DNA of 64,000 nt from an uncultured Pseudomonadota bacterium (GCA_902785275.1 CACZYB010000004.1:22149-86148); one strand, 5' to 3'; shown: positions 9,234 through 19,426, counted from the first letter of the stretch. Notes: generated from the sequence alone by a model not told the origin. Made by a program: numbers and translations.

Positions 9234-9966
9234 TGAATATATTAATACATTAAAACTTTATGAAGAATCGGGTATCGACGAATCTTATGGTGATGTGCCA
9301 TACAATTTTTTCCTTGAAAACAAAGGCCTTTTTGTAAAGGAAGAAACTGTCGTAAAGAAAAATGTTGAAAATATTTCAATATTGAAAGCAAAGCAGGAAG
9401 CCGAAAATTCTTTGGTAAAGGTTTCTTGTTTAAAAGATATTCAAAAAATTATTTCTGAATTTACGCTTAATCCATTATCAAAATTTGCGACATATGGGAT
9501 TTTTGGGGTAGGGGTTGATAATCCAGATTTGGTTGTGATTACCGAAATGCCAAATGCCGATGAAGATAGAAGTGGTGTGATGTTGACTGGTGCGACAGGT
9601 GAAATGTTAAAGAAAATTTTGAATGCAATTCATTCGTCTGTTGAAACAAATACTTATGTTTTTCCAGCCAGTGCTTTTCGTGCTCCGGGTGCAAGAATGC
9701 CTACTGCGGAGGAAATGGAAATTTCAATTCCTTTTATAAAAAAGTTTATCGAAATTTTAAAGCCAAAAGTTATTCTTACTATGGGAAGTTTGCCAACTAA
9801 TGTTTTGCTTGGTGGAAGTGATGCGATTACATCGCTTCGTGGAAAGTGGGCAGAATATAATGGTGTTGCGGTTATGCCAACATTTTCCCTTACATATCTT
9901 TTGAATAATATAGAGGCAAAGAAAAAAGCGTGGGCTGATTTACAGCTTTTGGCACAAAAACTTTAA
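9220..9966 (+). CDS. uracil-DNA glycosylase superfamily (family 4-like) protein with degenerate catalytic motifs
   Basis: Motif A of family-4 UDG, GE(A/G)PGxxEDxxGxPFVGxAGxLL, is recognisable but altered to TEMPNADEDRSGVMLTGATGEMLKKIL. The HPSP motif B position reads PTFSLTYLL. Confidence 0.45.
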   Translation: MQLNNEYINTLKLYEESGIDESYGDVPYNFFLENKGLFVKEETVVKKNVENISILKAKQEAENSLVKVSCLKDIQKIISEFTLNPLSKFATYGIFGVGVDNPDLVVITEMPNADEDRSGVMLTGATGEMLKKILNAIHSSVETNTYVFPASAFRAPGARMPTAEEMEISIPFIKKFIEILKPKVILTMGSLPTNVLLGGSDAITSLRGKWAEYNGVAVMPTFSLTYLLNNIEAKKKAWADLQLLAQKL

Positions 9967-9967
9967 T

Positions 9968-11032
9968 TTATTTTTCTGTAAGCTTAAATTCGATACGGCG
10001 ATTTTTCCTTAAAGAATCGGGATCATTTGCGTCAACAAGTGGGTGAAATTCACCAAATCCAGTTGCAGCAAGGCGGTTTTCAGGAATGCCTTCGGATATT
10101 AAAAAGTCAACAACAGATACGGCACGTGCAACGGAAAGTTCCCAATTAGATTTGAACTTTGTTCCCTTGATTGGGTTTTTATCTGTGTGGCCATCGACAC
10201 GTAGAATCCAATCTATATCATCAGGAAAGGCCTTCATTGCATCCTTTAATATTTTTGCAAGTTCTTTTAATTTTATTTTTCCTTCGTCACCTATTTCTGC
10301 GGACTCTGCTTTGAAGAATACTTCGGATGGAATTACGAATCTATCGCCTACCATAACAAAGTTTTTATTACCCATAACGGCACTTGAAAGTGATTCAAAG
10401 AATGTGGAACGAACTTTGAAAAGTTCGGCTGTTTTATTTGCCAATGCACGATTAAGTTTTTTTCCAAGTTCAACAATTTGCACTTTTTGCCATGAGATAT
10501 ATTTGTTGGTTGCTTCGAAAACATCGTTTAATTTTTGCATTTCACCAGTAAGTTTTGTGATAGTATTTTTAAGATTATCTTCGTTATTTTTAAGAGCTTT
10601 TACTTGGTTATCTTTTTTGATTATGTCACCTTCAAGTTGAAGTATGAACATATTAAGTTCGGCAACTTTGTTTGTTAATTGCTCGTTTTTAATGTTTTCT
10701 TTTTTTGCATTATCTTTTGTCATATCAAGAACAGAGTAAAGTTCTTCCATATCTGACTTTGTAGTTTTTGTTTCATCGATTGCTTTTTGTAAATCTTCTT
10801 TTACACCGCGAACATTGTTTATTAAGGCTTTGTTTAGCTTATCTTTTTCTGCGATAATTTTTTCAAGTTCTGTAATTCTATCATCTTTTGAATTTTGTGA
10901 ATTTATACTTGAAACAAAATTCATAAGCATGAAAATAACCACAACAAATAGCATGAGAATCAAAAGATTACTCATCACATCAACGAATGATGGCCATAAA
11001 GATGTTTGATTTTCTGAATAATGCCTTGACAT
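9968..11032 (-). CDS. MotB-like protein: N-terminal MotB-type TM helix with conserved Asp, ~170-aa coiled coil, C-terminal OmpA-like peptidoglycan-binding domain
   Basis: PSFVDVMSNLLILMLFVVVIF resembles the MotB TM/plug segment and includes the conserved Asp. The C-terminus, LRVDGHTD…NRRIEF, is an OmpA/MotB peptidoglycan-binding domain. Confidence 0.7.
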   Translation of the reverse strand: MSRHYSENQTSLWPSFVDVMSNLLILMLFVVVIFMLMNFVSSINSQNSKDDRITELEKIIAEKDKLNKALINNVRGVKEDLQKAIDETKTTKSDMEELYSVLDMTKDNAKKENIKNEQLTNKVAELNMFILQLEGDIIKKDNQVKALKNNEDNLKNTITKLTGEMQKLNDVFEATNKYISWQKVQIVELGKKLNRALANKTAELFKVRSTFFESLSSAVMGNKNFVMVGDRFVIPSEVFFKAESAEIGDEGKIKLKELAKILKDAMKAFPDDIDWILRVDGHTDKNPIKGTKFKSNWELSVARAVSVVDFLISEGIPENRLAATGFGEFHPLVDANDPDSLRKNRRIEFKLTEK

Positions 11033-11041
11033 AAAATTCTC

Positions 11042-11404
11042 CTATTTTGTGTGCGGTTGATTTGTTTCAAGTTTTAAATTGCGGGAATGTATTATTTTAT
11101 CAACCATTATTTTTACAATATTATTGTTTTTTATTTTTGATAAAAGATAAACTAAATCATATGTTGTCATTCCATCAAGAGTATAAAATAGTTTTATGAA
11201 AGAAATATCTTTTACCAATATAGTATTTCTGCTTAAAATATCAGGGGAAATTCCCATGCATTCAAGTCTATCGTGTATTTCATTAATTGAATAACATCCC
11301 ATTCTATCAAGACGATCAAATTCATAATCATAATTGGGGTTTGGGGCTTTTACTTCTACTTCTATTTTCCCACCATCGATACCTACTATTTTTTTTGATA
11401 TCAT
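11042..11404 (-). CDS. hypothetical soluble protein encoded between MotA-like and MotB-like genes
   Basis: A 120-aa ORF with no TM and no recognisable motif. It is tightly packed between the two genes on the same strand, with a 9-nt and a 27-nt gap. Confidence 0.4.
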   Translation of the reverse strand: MISKKIVGIDGGKIEVEVKAPNPNYDYEFDRLDRMGCYSINEIHDRLECMGISPDILSRNTILVKDISFIKLFYTLDGMTTYDLVYLLSKIKNNNIVKIMVDKIIHSRNLKLETNQPHTK

Positions 11405-11431
11405 TTTTTTCCCCTTTCATTATTTTATATT

Positions 11432-12598
11432 TTAGCTGTTATGCTTATTTTTTTCATTTGTCATAGATATTGTTTTTGCAAGTAAACGAATATCAGATGA
11501 AATTTTTTCAGTCATATCAACAAGTCCAAGATCCATATTTTTAATGTGGTCTCGGGTCTTATCATCCATACCAAAACCTGACTTTGAAATTTTTACAAGG
11601 TCGTTAAGTACAGGGTAAAGTTTTTCTGGTGCAATGGAAATTTTTTCCATAACTTTTAGTTTTTCTTGCATTTGTTTTGCAAGTCGTGCACTTTCATCTG
11701 CCATTAATGCCATTTTCTTTGCAACATCGGCGTTGGTATCAACTGACTTCATAACTGTTTTTTGAAGGATGTTTATATTATCAGCAGTTTGTTCCAACAT
11801 CGCTTGTAAGTATGTGATAATTGATCCGTCACCTTCGGCAAGTGAACTTGATGAAACAATACGTGTGTAACGTGTCATATTTTCTTCTAGTTCATTATAG
11901 AAGAAATGTTGAGCAATAGTTGCTTGGAGTTGTAAGAAACCCAAGATAAGGGATGCTCCCAATCCGAAAAGTGATGTTGAGAAGGCTGTACCCATACCAG
12001 AGAGTGGTCGAGAAATATTCATTTTCAATGTTTCAAATACGGCCATGATATTTCCGTTTTGAATGTTAAGGTTTTTAACTATGTCTCCGAATGAACCTAT
12101 GGTTAAAAGAAGTCCCCAGAATGTTCCAAGCAAGCCAAGGAATACCAAAACACCGGAAAAATATGATGACGATTCCTTCGAATCGTGAAGTCTTGCATCT
12201 ACAATATCAAGAAGTGTACGCATTGTGCCGGCTTCTAGGTATGGACGGTATTGTTTTCTGTGTTCCTTTAGTAAGAAGGCAACAGGAGAGATAACCTTTG
12301 GTGCGGAATTTACCTTTTCTTTACCTAAGAAAAAGTCATTTATCCATGCAGAATCGTTGATAAGGACAACTACGTTTTTGAAGTTTAAAAATGTTCCGAA
12401 TATAAATACTGCGAAAATAAATGTATTTAAGACTTTACTTGAATTGAATATAATCCTTAACTGTCCGGACAACATTCCCATCAAACATAGGATGAAAAAT
12501 AGGAATATAGACATCCTTATGATACATGCAAAAAGACCTGTTTTTCTTATGTAAATGGCTTCTGGATTGATATCTGATTTTATTCTTTTTTTAAACAT
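11432..12598 (-). CDS. MotA/TolQ/ExbB-family proton-channel protein (MotA-like, 4 TM, long cytoplasmic tail)
   Basis: There are four predicted TM helices with a large TM2-TM3 loop. The TM3/TM4 region (FWGLLLTIGSF…MGTAFSTSLFGLGASL) has the MotA/ExbB signature. A C-terminal tail of about 165 aa follows. Confidence 0.7.
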   Translation of the reverse strand: MFKKRIKSDINPEAIYIRKTGLFACIIRMSIFLFFILCLMGMLSGQLRIIFNSSKVLNTFIFAVFIFGTFLNFKNVVVLINDSAWINDFFLGKEKVNSAPKVISPVAFLLKEHRKQYRPYLEAGTMRTLLDIVDARLHDSKESSSYFSGVLVFLGLLGTFWGLLLTIGSFGDIVKNLNIQNGNIMAVFETLKMNISRPLSGMGTAFSTSLFGLGASLILGFLQLQATIAQHFFYNELEENMTRYTRIVSSSSLAEGDGSIITYLQAMLEQTADNINILQKTVMKSVDTNADVAKKMALMADESARLAKQMQEKLKVMEKISIAPEKLYPVLNDLVKISKSGFGMDDKTRDHIKNMDLGLVDMTEKISSDIRLLAKTISMTNEKNKHNS

Positions 12599-12752
12599 AA
12601 TTACCCTCTAAGCTTATTATTTTTAGACAAAATAACATCTTTATTGTCGATTGTCAAGTTTTTTTTGACGAAAATAATGTATTTTATTAAAAAACAATAT
12701 CGATACCTTAAAAAAGTGTGCTTATTTGAAAAAATATAAAAAATTCAAATAA

Positions 12753-13154
12753 TTAACGTTCATTACTTTGTTTTATTTCTTTATTGTAACGTTGTATTTC
12801 TGTTACAGAAAGTCTTCTTTGTAGATATGCACTTAATATTCTTGGTTCGCTGTCTTTTATATATATCACAGTTTGTTTGTATTCATCAGGTATATTTTTG
12901 AAAAATTCAGGATTTCCAATACTTTTATCTTCTTTTATTTTAAGGTTTTGAATATAGAATGCCATACGAGAGCATATTCCATTTTTATCAGCATTTTTTG
13001 TTTGTGTGTTTCGTGGAGAGTTACCAAAAACAACAAGTTGTGCAGTTAGAAGAGTGAGTAAGATTTGTGTTCTTATTTTTTTTCTTTTTTCAATTTTTTC
13101 TAATCTTTTTTGTAATTCAATCAATGGCATCGCTGATGGATTTTTAATTTTCAT
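12753..13154 (-). CDS. hypothetical single-pass membrane protein
   Basis: A 133-aa ORF with a charged N-terminus followed by one hydrophobic helix (ILLTLLTAQLVVF). No family was recognised. Confidence 0.35.
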   Translation of the reverse strand: MKIKNPSAMPLIELQKRLEKIEKRKKIRTQILLTLLTAQLVVFGNSPRNTQTKNADKNGICSRMAFYIQNLKIKEDKSIGNPEFFKNIPDEYKQTVIYIKDSEPRILSAYLQRRLSVTEIQRYNKEIKQSNER

Positions 13155-13184
13155 CTTTTTCCCTTTTTTCTAATGTTATAAATT

Positions 13185-14762
13185 TTATCTTTTTAATGAA
13201 GCTTTTTTTGTCTTTTTTGATTTCTTTTTGAAGATAGAGTATTTTTTCAAATTGATTGTTGCAATGAAACCTAAAATACAAAATACTAAGAATGGAACGT
13301 TTCCTGTGCGGGAATAGATAGGTCGTTCAAGTCGTACAGGGATAAGAAAATCTTTTACTATTCCCTTAAAACCATCTTTTCCATCGATAATCTTTCCATC
13401 CAAAGTTTCACCTATTGCAGAGATAACACTTCCGCCGATATTACCGGCACTGTAATTTGGTACGCGGATAATAGGAAGACCTTCTTCTACGGCTCTGAAT
13501 TTTGCAATTTCAAGGTGTTGAGCTTTACCAAATTCACCAAACCATGCATCATTTGATATGTTTACTATTGCATCGGCTTCGTATGGTACGGAAAGACCGG
13601 TGAATACTATTTCATAACAGATAAGTGGTAAAAGCTTTATTTTTGAAAGTGACATTATTTTACGATGTTCACCACTACTGAAATCCTTTAATCCATCAGT
13701 GAACTTTTTGAATGGAATATATTTTTTAAGTGGTATGTATTCACCAAATGGAACAAGGTGTTGTTTGTCGTACATATAATTAATACCATTTTTATCAACC
13801 AAAGCCATGGTGTTATATACGTTATAGTCATCAGTTACTTCATTGAAATTGTCGTATCTGTTAAAACCGACGATAAGTGATGATTTTTCATTATTTATGT
13901 TTGCATATATAGTTTCATAATAGCCATTGTTTGAAAGATCATATGGGGATGATGATTCAGAAAGTACGAATAAATCAATTTCTTTCCAACCATTTCTGTG
14001 GGCAAGCTTTTGATACTTTTCAATATTTTTTTTGGATGACATATATGGTTGTGGTATTCTTGCGTCGATAAGACGAACTTTTAAATCCGTGAACCCAAGA
14101 TTTTTGTGGGTATAAATTCTCCACCAACCGAATAAAAGCGTTACTATTGTTAATGATATTATCGAAATTCCATACCTGTTTTTGAATTCCTTTTTATAAA
14201 ATATTAGGTACGGAGCAGATAAAATGTATACTGTTAAAAATGTAAGTCCGAAAGGACCGATAATACTTAATGATTGAAGTACAACAGGTATGTCCGACCA
14301 TACAAGAGAGAATTGGTTCCATGGGAAACCTGTGAAAATCCAGCTTCGTATCCATTCGAAAAATGCGATGGAAAGTGCAAATACAAAATAGCGTTTTGAG
14401 TGTTCTGCTTTATATGTTATTACTCCTGAAAATTCGATAAATAATCCTAAGAATGCGGAGAATATGAATAAAGATAATGGTGCTAATATTAAGAGTAATA
14501 TTACATTTTCTGGGATAAAGAAAAATGGTTTCATTATCCAGTTGAATGAGATGATGTAAGAGATTTCCGAAAGCCAAAACATACGTTTGAATGCTTGCTT
14601 CCCGCTGGTGGAAGAATCTATTTGTATAAGCATGTATGTTAGGTATATTGAAAGAAATAGGACCGATAGCCATGGATAATATACATCAAAAGGAGGATAT
14701 ACGAATCCTCCCAACAAACCAATAATAAAAAATATAAATTTATTATTTGTAAGGATTTGCAA
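13185..14762 (-). CDS. lnt: apolipoprotein N-acyltransferase
   Basis: The N-terminus is multi-TM. The C-terminal CN-hydrolase domain has the catalytic Cys in LPLICYEIVF. It is 525 aa. Confidence 0.85.
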   Translation of the reverse strand: MQILTNNKFIFFIIGLLGGFVYPPFDVYYPWLSVLFLSIYLTYMLIQIDSSTSGKQAFKRMFWLSEISYIISFNWIMKPFFFIPENVILLLILAPLSLFIFSAFLGLFIEFSGVITYKAEHSKRYFVFALSIAFFEWIRSWIFTGFPWNQFSLVWSDIPVVLQSLSIIGPFGLTFLTVYILSAPYLIFYKKEFKNRYGISIISLTIVTLLFGWWRIYTHKNLGFTDLKVRLIDARIPQPYMSSKKNIEKYQKLAHRNGWKEIDLFVLSESSSPYDLSNNGYYETIYANINNEKSSLIVGFNRYDNFNEVTDDYNVYNTMALVDKNGINYMYDKQHLVPFGEYIPLKKYIPFKKFTDGLKDFSSGEHRKIMSLSKIKLLPLICYEIVFTGLSVPYEADAIVNISNDAWFGEFGKAQHLEIAKFRAVEEGLPIIRVPNYSAGNIGGSVISAIGETLDGKIIDGKDGFKGIVKDFLIPVRLERPIYSRTGNVPFLVFCILGFIATINLKKYSIFKKKSKKTKKASLKR

Positions 14763-15213
14763 TTTTAAGTTCCTTTAATATTTCTATTTCAAAAAATTCC
14801 ATTTCGTTTGCTTCATCTTCTTCTATATGATCAAAGCCAAGAAGGTGTAACATTCCGTGACAAAGAAGATGTGCGTAATGATCGGATACTGTGATTTTTT
14901 GTTCCTTTGCTTCTTTTAATAATGTATCAATAGACATTACAATATCGCCAAGCAATATTTCATCACCGGTTTCAAATGAAAGAACATTTGTTGGTTTATT
15001 TTTTCCACGATATTCTTTGTTAAATATTTGAATTTCTTTATCGTTGGTAAGCATTACATTAACTTCCATACCTTTTTTAATAGGATGTTTTATTTTTTTG
15101 AAAGTTTTTGCAATAACTTTATCAGAAAGTTTTTTTATATTAGGGATTTTGTTTTCCCATTTTTTACTTTTTGTTATGAAAGTAAGTTTTACCTTTGGTG
15201 TGAAAAAAAACAT
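14743..15213 (-). CDS. ybeY: rRNA maturation endoribonuclease YbeY
   Basis: The zinc-binding HxxxHxxxxxH motif is present in HLLCHGMLHLLGFDH. Confidence 0.85.
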   Translation of the reverse strand: MFFFTPKVKLTFITKSKKWENKIPNIKKLSDKVIAKTFKKIKHPIKKGMEVNVMLTNDKEIQIFNKEYRGKNKPTNVLSFETGDEILLGDIVMSIDTLLKEAKEQKITVSDHYAHLLCHGMLHLLGFDHIEEDEANEMEFFEIEILKELKIANPYK

Positions 15214-15214
15214 A

Positions 15215-15685
15215 TTATTTCTCCTGTGATTTTTTAAATTGTTCGATACCTATTTCAATCATTTCTGTGATATTAACAGAATCTTGGGCAAATTCAAACT
15301 CGTCACCATTTTTCATATAATCCATACTTCCACCAGGAAGAACTGCAATATATTTTGCACCAATCAAACCATCAGTATATATTGCAACAGAGCTATCATC
15401 AGGAATTTGAATATTGTTTTGAATTTGCATGTAAACCTTTACTGAAAAATCAGGTAAAAGTTCCAATTTCGATACTGTACCAACATCAACACCAGAAAGA
15501 CGGACAAAAGCACCAGATTTAAGTTCATCTGTGTGCTTTATATCTGCGGTAATGGTGTAAAAGTTGTCTTTTTTTAATACTTTGAAATAGCTATATAATT
15601 TGGCAACAGCAAAAAATACTAAGAAATAAACAACGATTGATGAAGTTATCTTTTTTACTTTTTGATTGAACTTTTTTTTGTTCAT
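15215..15685 (-). CDS. mlaD: MlaD-like MCE-domain protein (outer-membrane lipid asymmetry system)
   Basis: An N-terminal anchor is followed by an MCE domain (…VRLSGVDVGTVSKLEL…). It is 156 aa. Confidence 0.7.
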   Translation of the reverse strand: MNKKKFNQKVKKITSSIVVYFLVFFAVAKLYSYFKVLKKDNFYTITADIKHTDELKSGAFVRLSGVDVGTVSKLELLPDFSVKVYMQIQNNIQIPDDSSVAIYTDGLIGAKYIAVLPGGSMDYMKNGDEFEFAQDSVNITEMIEIGIEQFKKSQEK

Positions 15686-15706
15686 GTTGCCACCTTATAA
15701 TTTATC

Positions 15707-17080
15707 TTATATATATTTAAAAAAGTTTGATATGTAGTTTAAAACTTCGGATACAGGAAGTCTTATCTGACTCATAGTATCACGGTCACGAATTGTTACT
15801 GTTTCTGGTTCTTTTTCTAAAGTTTCGAAATCAACAGTAATGCAAATAGGTGTACCGATTTCATCGTGTTTACGGTAAGCTTTACCTACATTTCCGGATG
15901 TTTCAAGAACAACCTTTCCAATACCAAGCATTTTGATTTTTTGTTGGATAGTTTTTGCCTTTTCCATAAGTTGTTCATTGTTTTTTGCAAGAGGCAAAAC
16001 TGCAACTTTTACAGGTGCAAGGTGTGGTTTTAATTTTAAAAGAATTCGTTTATCTCCGTTTTCAAGTTCTTCTTCGGTATATGCTTCGTTTAAAATTGCA
16101 AGCATACCACGATCAACACCAGCAGATGGTTCAATTACGTAAGGAACATAAGTTTCTTTTGTATATGGATCTGTGTATGAAAGTTTTGCAGAAGAATCTT
16201 TGTTTTCCAAAACGTGCGCATGAACACCCAAACCTTCAGCATCTTTTGTGTGTGAACCAAGGTCAAAATCAGTTCTGTTTGCAATACCTTCAAGTTCTTC
16301 TAAACCATGAGGGAATTGGTAAACGATATCTGTACATGCCTTTGCATAGTGTGCCAAGTCAGATTTTTCATGTACTTCGAATTTAAGATTTTCTTCTGAT
16401 AGACCTTGTTTAAGCCACCATTTGCGACGTTCAGTAATCCAATATTCATGACATTTTTCATCTTCACCTGGTTTTACGAAAAATTCAGCTTCCATTTGTT
16501 CAAATTCACGAACGCGGAAAATAAAGTTTCCAGGTGTGATTTCGTTTCTGAATGATTTTCCGATTTGTGCGATACCAAAAGGAACCTTTTTTGATGTAGA
16601 ATCAAGTACGTTTTTGAAATTACAGAAAATACCTTGGGCTGTTTCTGGTCTTAAATAACCATAGGAATTTTCATCAACAACTGGACCAATATTCACCTTC
16701 ATCATAAGGTTGAAATCACGAGGTTCAGTTAAATTTTTTGAACCGCAGAAATCACAAACACCAGGAGTTTTAAGCTTATCTGCACGCATTCTTTGTTTGC
16801 AATCTTTACAATCAACAAGAGGGTCAGTAAAAGTACTTTCGTGTCCGGAATGTTTGAAAACAAGTTTGTTTGAAAGAACGGCACTGTCAAGCCCTTCGAA
16901 ATCATCTCTATCAAAAACAAAAGCTTTCCACCATGCCTTTTTAAGGTTATTTTTGAGTTCAACACCCAAAGGACCGTAGTCATAAGTTCCCTTTAATCCA
17001 CCATAAATTTCGCCACTTGGGAAAACAAAACCACGACGTTTGCAAAGAGAAACTAAATCATTCATATTTTTTGCAACCAT
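15707..17080 (-). CDS. glyQS: glycyl-tRNA synthetase, alpha2 (GlyQS) type
   Basis: The N-terminus [20 protein letters not shown] is diagnostic of dimeric class II GlyRS. The start was set at the ATG preceded by a GAGG RBS. The ORF track's ATGAGG start is the RBS itself. Confidence 0.85.
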   Translation of the reverse strand: MVAKNMNDLVSLCKRRGFVFPSGEIYGGLKGTYDYGPLGVELKNNLKKAWWKAFVFDRDDFEGLDSAVLSNKLVFKHSGHESTFTDPLVDCKDCKQRMRADKLKTPGVCDFCGSKNLTEPRDFNLMMKVNIGPVVDENSYGYLRPETAQGIFCNFKNVLDSTSKKVPFGIAQIGKSFRNEITPGNFIFRVREFEQMEAEFFVKPGEDEKCHEYWITERRKWWLKQGLSEENLKFEVHEKSDLAHYAKACTDIVYQFPHGLEELEGIANRTDFDLGSHTKDAEGLGVHAHVLENKDSSAKLSYTDPYTKETYVPYVIEPSAGVDRGMLAILNEAYTEEELENGDKRILLKLKPHLAPVKVAVLPLAKNNEQLMEKAKTIQQKIKMLGIGKVVLETSGNVGKAYRKHDEIGTPICITVDFETLEKEPETVTIRDRDTMSQIRLPVSEVLNYISNFFKYI

Positions 17081-17248
17081 AATAAACCTCATTATAATGT
17101 TAAATTGACTGTTATAAAATACATCATTAATATTGAAGTTTCAAGGGTTATTTTGCTAAAATAAAAAATAGCTAAAATACAAGAAAAGAGCCTTTACAAA
17201 TCAAAGTTTTTAGCATATCATATTATTTATTAATTATGAGGATTGTAA

Positions 17249-19423
17249 ATGAAGACAAAAGCTGATTTAGTAGAGGCCGTTAAAAAATATATTCCAGATT
17301 TAAAAACTTCGGAGAAAGCAAGACTTGAGCTTGCGTATACATTTGCACAGGAAAAACATGCAGGGCAAAAACGTGCAAGTGGCGAAGATTATTTTACCCA
17401 TCCGTTACAGGTTGCATTTATTGCTGCGGAGGAGTATGAACTTGACGTGGACTCTATTATTGCGGCTCTTCTTCATGATGTGGTGGAAGATACAGAAACC
17501 TCAGTAAAAACAATACAAAATTTGTTTGGTGATGATGTGGCGGAGCTTGTTACTGGACTTACTAAACTTCGTTCTATTAAGATTACTTCGAAAAAGATTT
17601 TGAAGGCTGAGAATTACAGAAATTTTGTTATTTCTGTTTCAAAAGATATTAGGGTTTTGATTATAAAACTTATTGATAGATACCATAATATTTCAACACT
17701 TCAATATCATCCAACACAGGAAAAACGAAGCAGAATTGCTTTGGAAACTTTGACAATTTATGTACCTCTTGCTGAACGTATGGGTATGGAAAAGTTGAAA
17801 AGTTTTATGGAAAATGTTTGTTTTAAAGAACTTTATCCTCAGGAATATCATTTTATAGAAGAAAAGTTGGAATCCTTAAGAAAGTCTGGTACTAACTTAA
17901 TTGAACCTATTGTTGATGAACTTAGTGATTTAACAACAAATCATAAAATTCGTGCCCAAATATATGGACGTGAGAAAACTCCGTATTCTATTTGGAAAAA
18001 GATGACAAACAAAAACATCACTTTTGATGAAATTTTTGATATTATTGCCTTTAGATTTATTGTTGAAACAGTAGAAGATTGTTATAAGGTTTTGGGTATG
18101 ATTCATTCTACATACAAAATGATACCAAACAGATTTAAAGATTATATTTCAACACCAAAGCCAAATAAGTATCAATCTTTGCATACCAGTGTTATTGGAC
18201 CTGCGGGAAAAAGAATCGAAATTCAGATAAGAACAAAGGAAATGGATAAGGTTGCACAATATGGTTATGCTGCACACTGGCTTTATAAACAAGGAAAGAC
18301 AGATACTACATCAAAAGATTTTGATTGGTTAAGAAATATGGTTAATGCGATACAACATGTTTCTTCACCGGATGAAATTGTGGAAAATACAAAGCTTTCT
18401 GCATTTATTGATTCAATATTCTGTTTTACACCGAATGGTGATTTGTTGGCACTTCCTATTGGTGCGACTGCATTGGATTTTGCATATGAAATTCATTCTA
18501 ATATTGGAAATCACTGTGTCGGTGCAAAGATAAATAAAGTTATAAAAAATATTCGTACACCACTTAAAACTGGTGATATGGTTGAAATTTTAACTTCAAA
18601 GACGCAATCTCCATCTCCGGAATGGGAGAGATTTGTTGTTACATTGAAAGCAAAGAATGCGATAAAACATTTCTTGAAATTACAACATAAACAACAGACA
18701 ATTTTGTTTGGAAAACAACTTTTGCAAACATCGTTTAATCATTATAAAAAGGATTTTAGTGAAAAGAAATTAAGTCTTATTTTGGGTAAGTATGGTGCAT
18801 CAAATGTTGATGATTTGTATTTGCTTATTGGTTCACGTGAGTATACTCCGGATCATGTTATTTTCTCGCTTTATCCAGATTTGAAAGTATCAGAAAATAA
18901 AAATGTTTTTGATGTGGATTCATTCTTTGATGCAATTGAAAAAAATACTTTTGAAAAGCTTAAACAAAAGGTTCAAGTTTCATCAAAAACTATGGCGAAT
19001 ATTCCTGTGTATTTTGCAAGATGTTGTCTTCCGGTTCCTGGTGATGAAATTATTGGTGTTATTCATACGGGAAAGGGATTTACTATTCACAAGAAAGATT
19101 GTAAGAATTTACGAAAGTTTGAAAGTACACCTGAAAAATTGTTCCATCTTGATTGGAATGATTATAGTGCTCTTCAAGACTCTACATTTAAAACAAAACT
19201 TTCTATACTTGCGAAAAATTCGCCGGGTGTTTTGAATGAAATTACTTCGATTTTGGCAAAGGAAAATGCAAACATTGAAGATATCCGTGTTATAAGTAGG
19301 ACAGAAGAATATATGGATATAATGTTTGTTATTGATGTGAAGGATTTGGAGCATTTAAACAATATTATTACTAATTTGAAAAATGCAAAAATGATTAATA
19401 CAGTTATTAAATATAATGGATAG
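17249..19423 (+). CDS. spoT: bifunctional (p)ppGpp synthetase/hydrolase (RelA/SpoT homolog)
   Basis: It has an HD domain (HDVVEDT), a synthetase domain, TGS and a C-terminal ACT domain. It is 724 aa. Confidence 0.9.
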   Translation: MKTKADLVEAVKKYIPDLKTSEKARLELAYTFAQEKHAGQKRASGEDYFTHPLQVAFIAAEEYELDVDSIIAALLHDVVEDTETSVKTIQNLFGDDVAELVTGLTKLRSIKITSKKILKAENYRNFVISVSKDIRVLIIKLIDRYHNISTLQYHPTQEKRSRIALETLTIYVPLAERMGMEKLKSFMENVCFKELYPQEYHFIEEKLESLRKSGTNLIEPIVDELSDLTTNHKIRAQIYGREKTPYSIWKKMTNKNITFDEIFDIIAFRFIVETVEDCYKVLGMIHSTYKMIPNRFKDYISTPKPNKYQSLHTSVIGPAGKRIEIQIRTKEMDKVAQYGYAAHWLYKQGKTDTTSKDFDWLRNMVNAIQHVSSPDEIVENTKLSAFIDSIFCFTPNGDLLALPIGATALDFAYEIHSNIGNHCVGAKINKVIKNIRTPLKTGDMVEILTSKTQSPSPEWERFVVTLKAKNAIKHFLKLQHKQQTILFGKQLLQTSFNHYKKDFSEKKLSLILGKYGASNVDDLYLLIGSREYTPDHVIFSLYPDLKVSENKNVFDVDSFFDAIEKNTFEKLKQKVQVSSKTMANIPVYFARCCLPVPGDEIIGVIHTGKGFTIHKKDCKNLRKFESTPEKLFHLDWNDYSALQDSTFKTKLSILAKNSPGVLNEITSILAKENANIEDIRVISRTEEYMDIMFVIDVKDLEHLNNIITNLKNAKMINTVIKYNG

Positions 19424-19426
19424 AAA

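Noticed and set aside
10086-10640. 184-aa plus-strand ORF inside MotB-like gene
   Set aside because: It is antisense to a gene with clear MotB/OmpA motifs. Its composition is typical of a shadow ORF in AT-rich DNA.
9968-12598. Assigning the MotAB-like operon to the Zorya defence system outright
   Set aside because: No ZorC/ZorD/ZorE-like gene is adjacent. The MotA tail is far shorter than ZorA tails. It is kept as an open hypothesis only.
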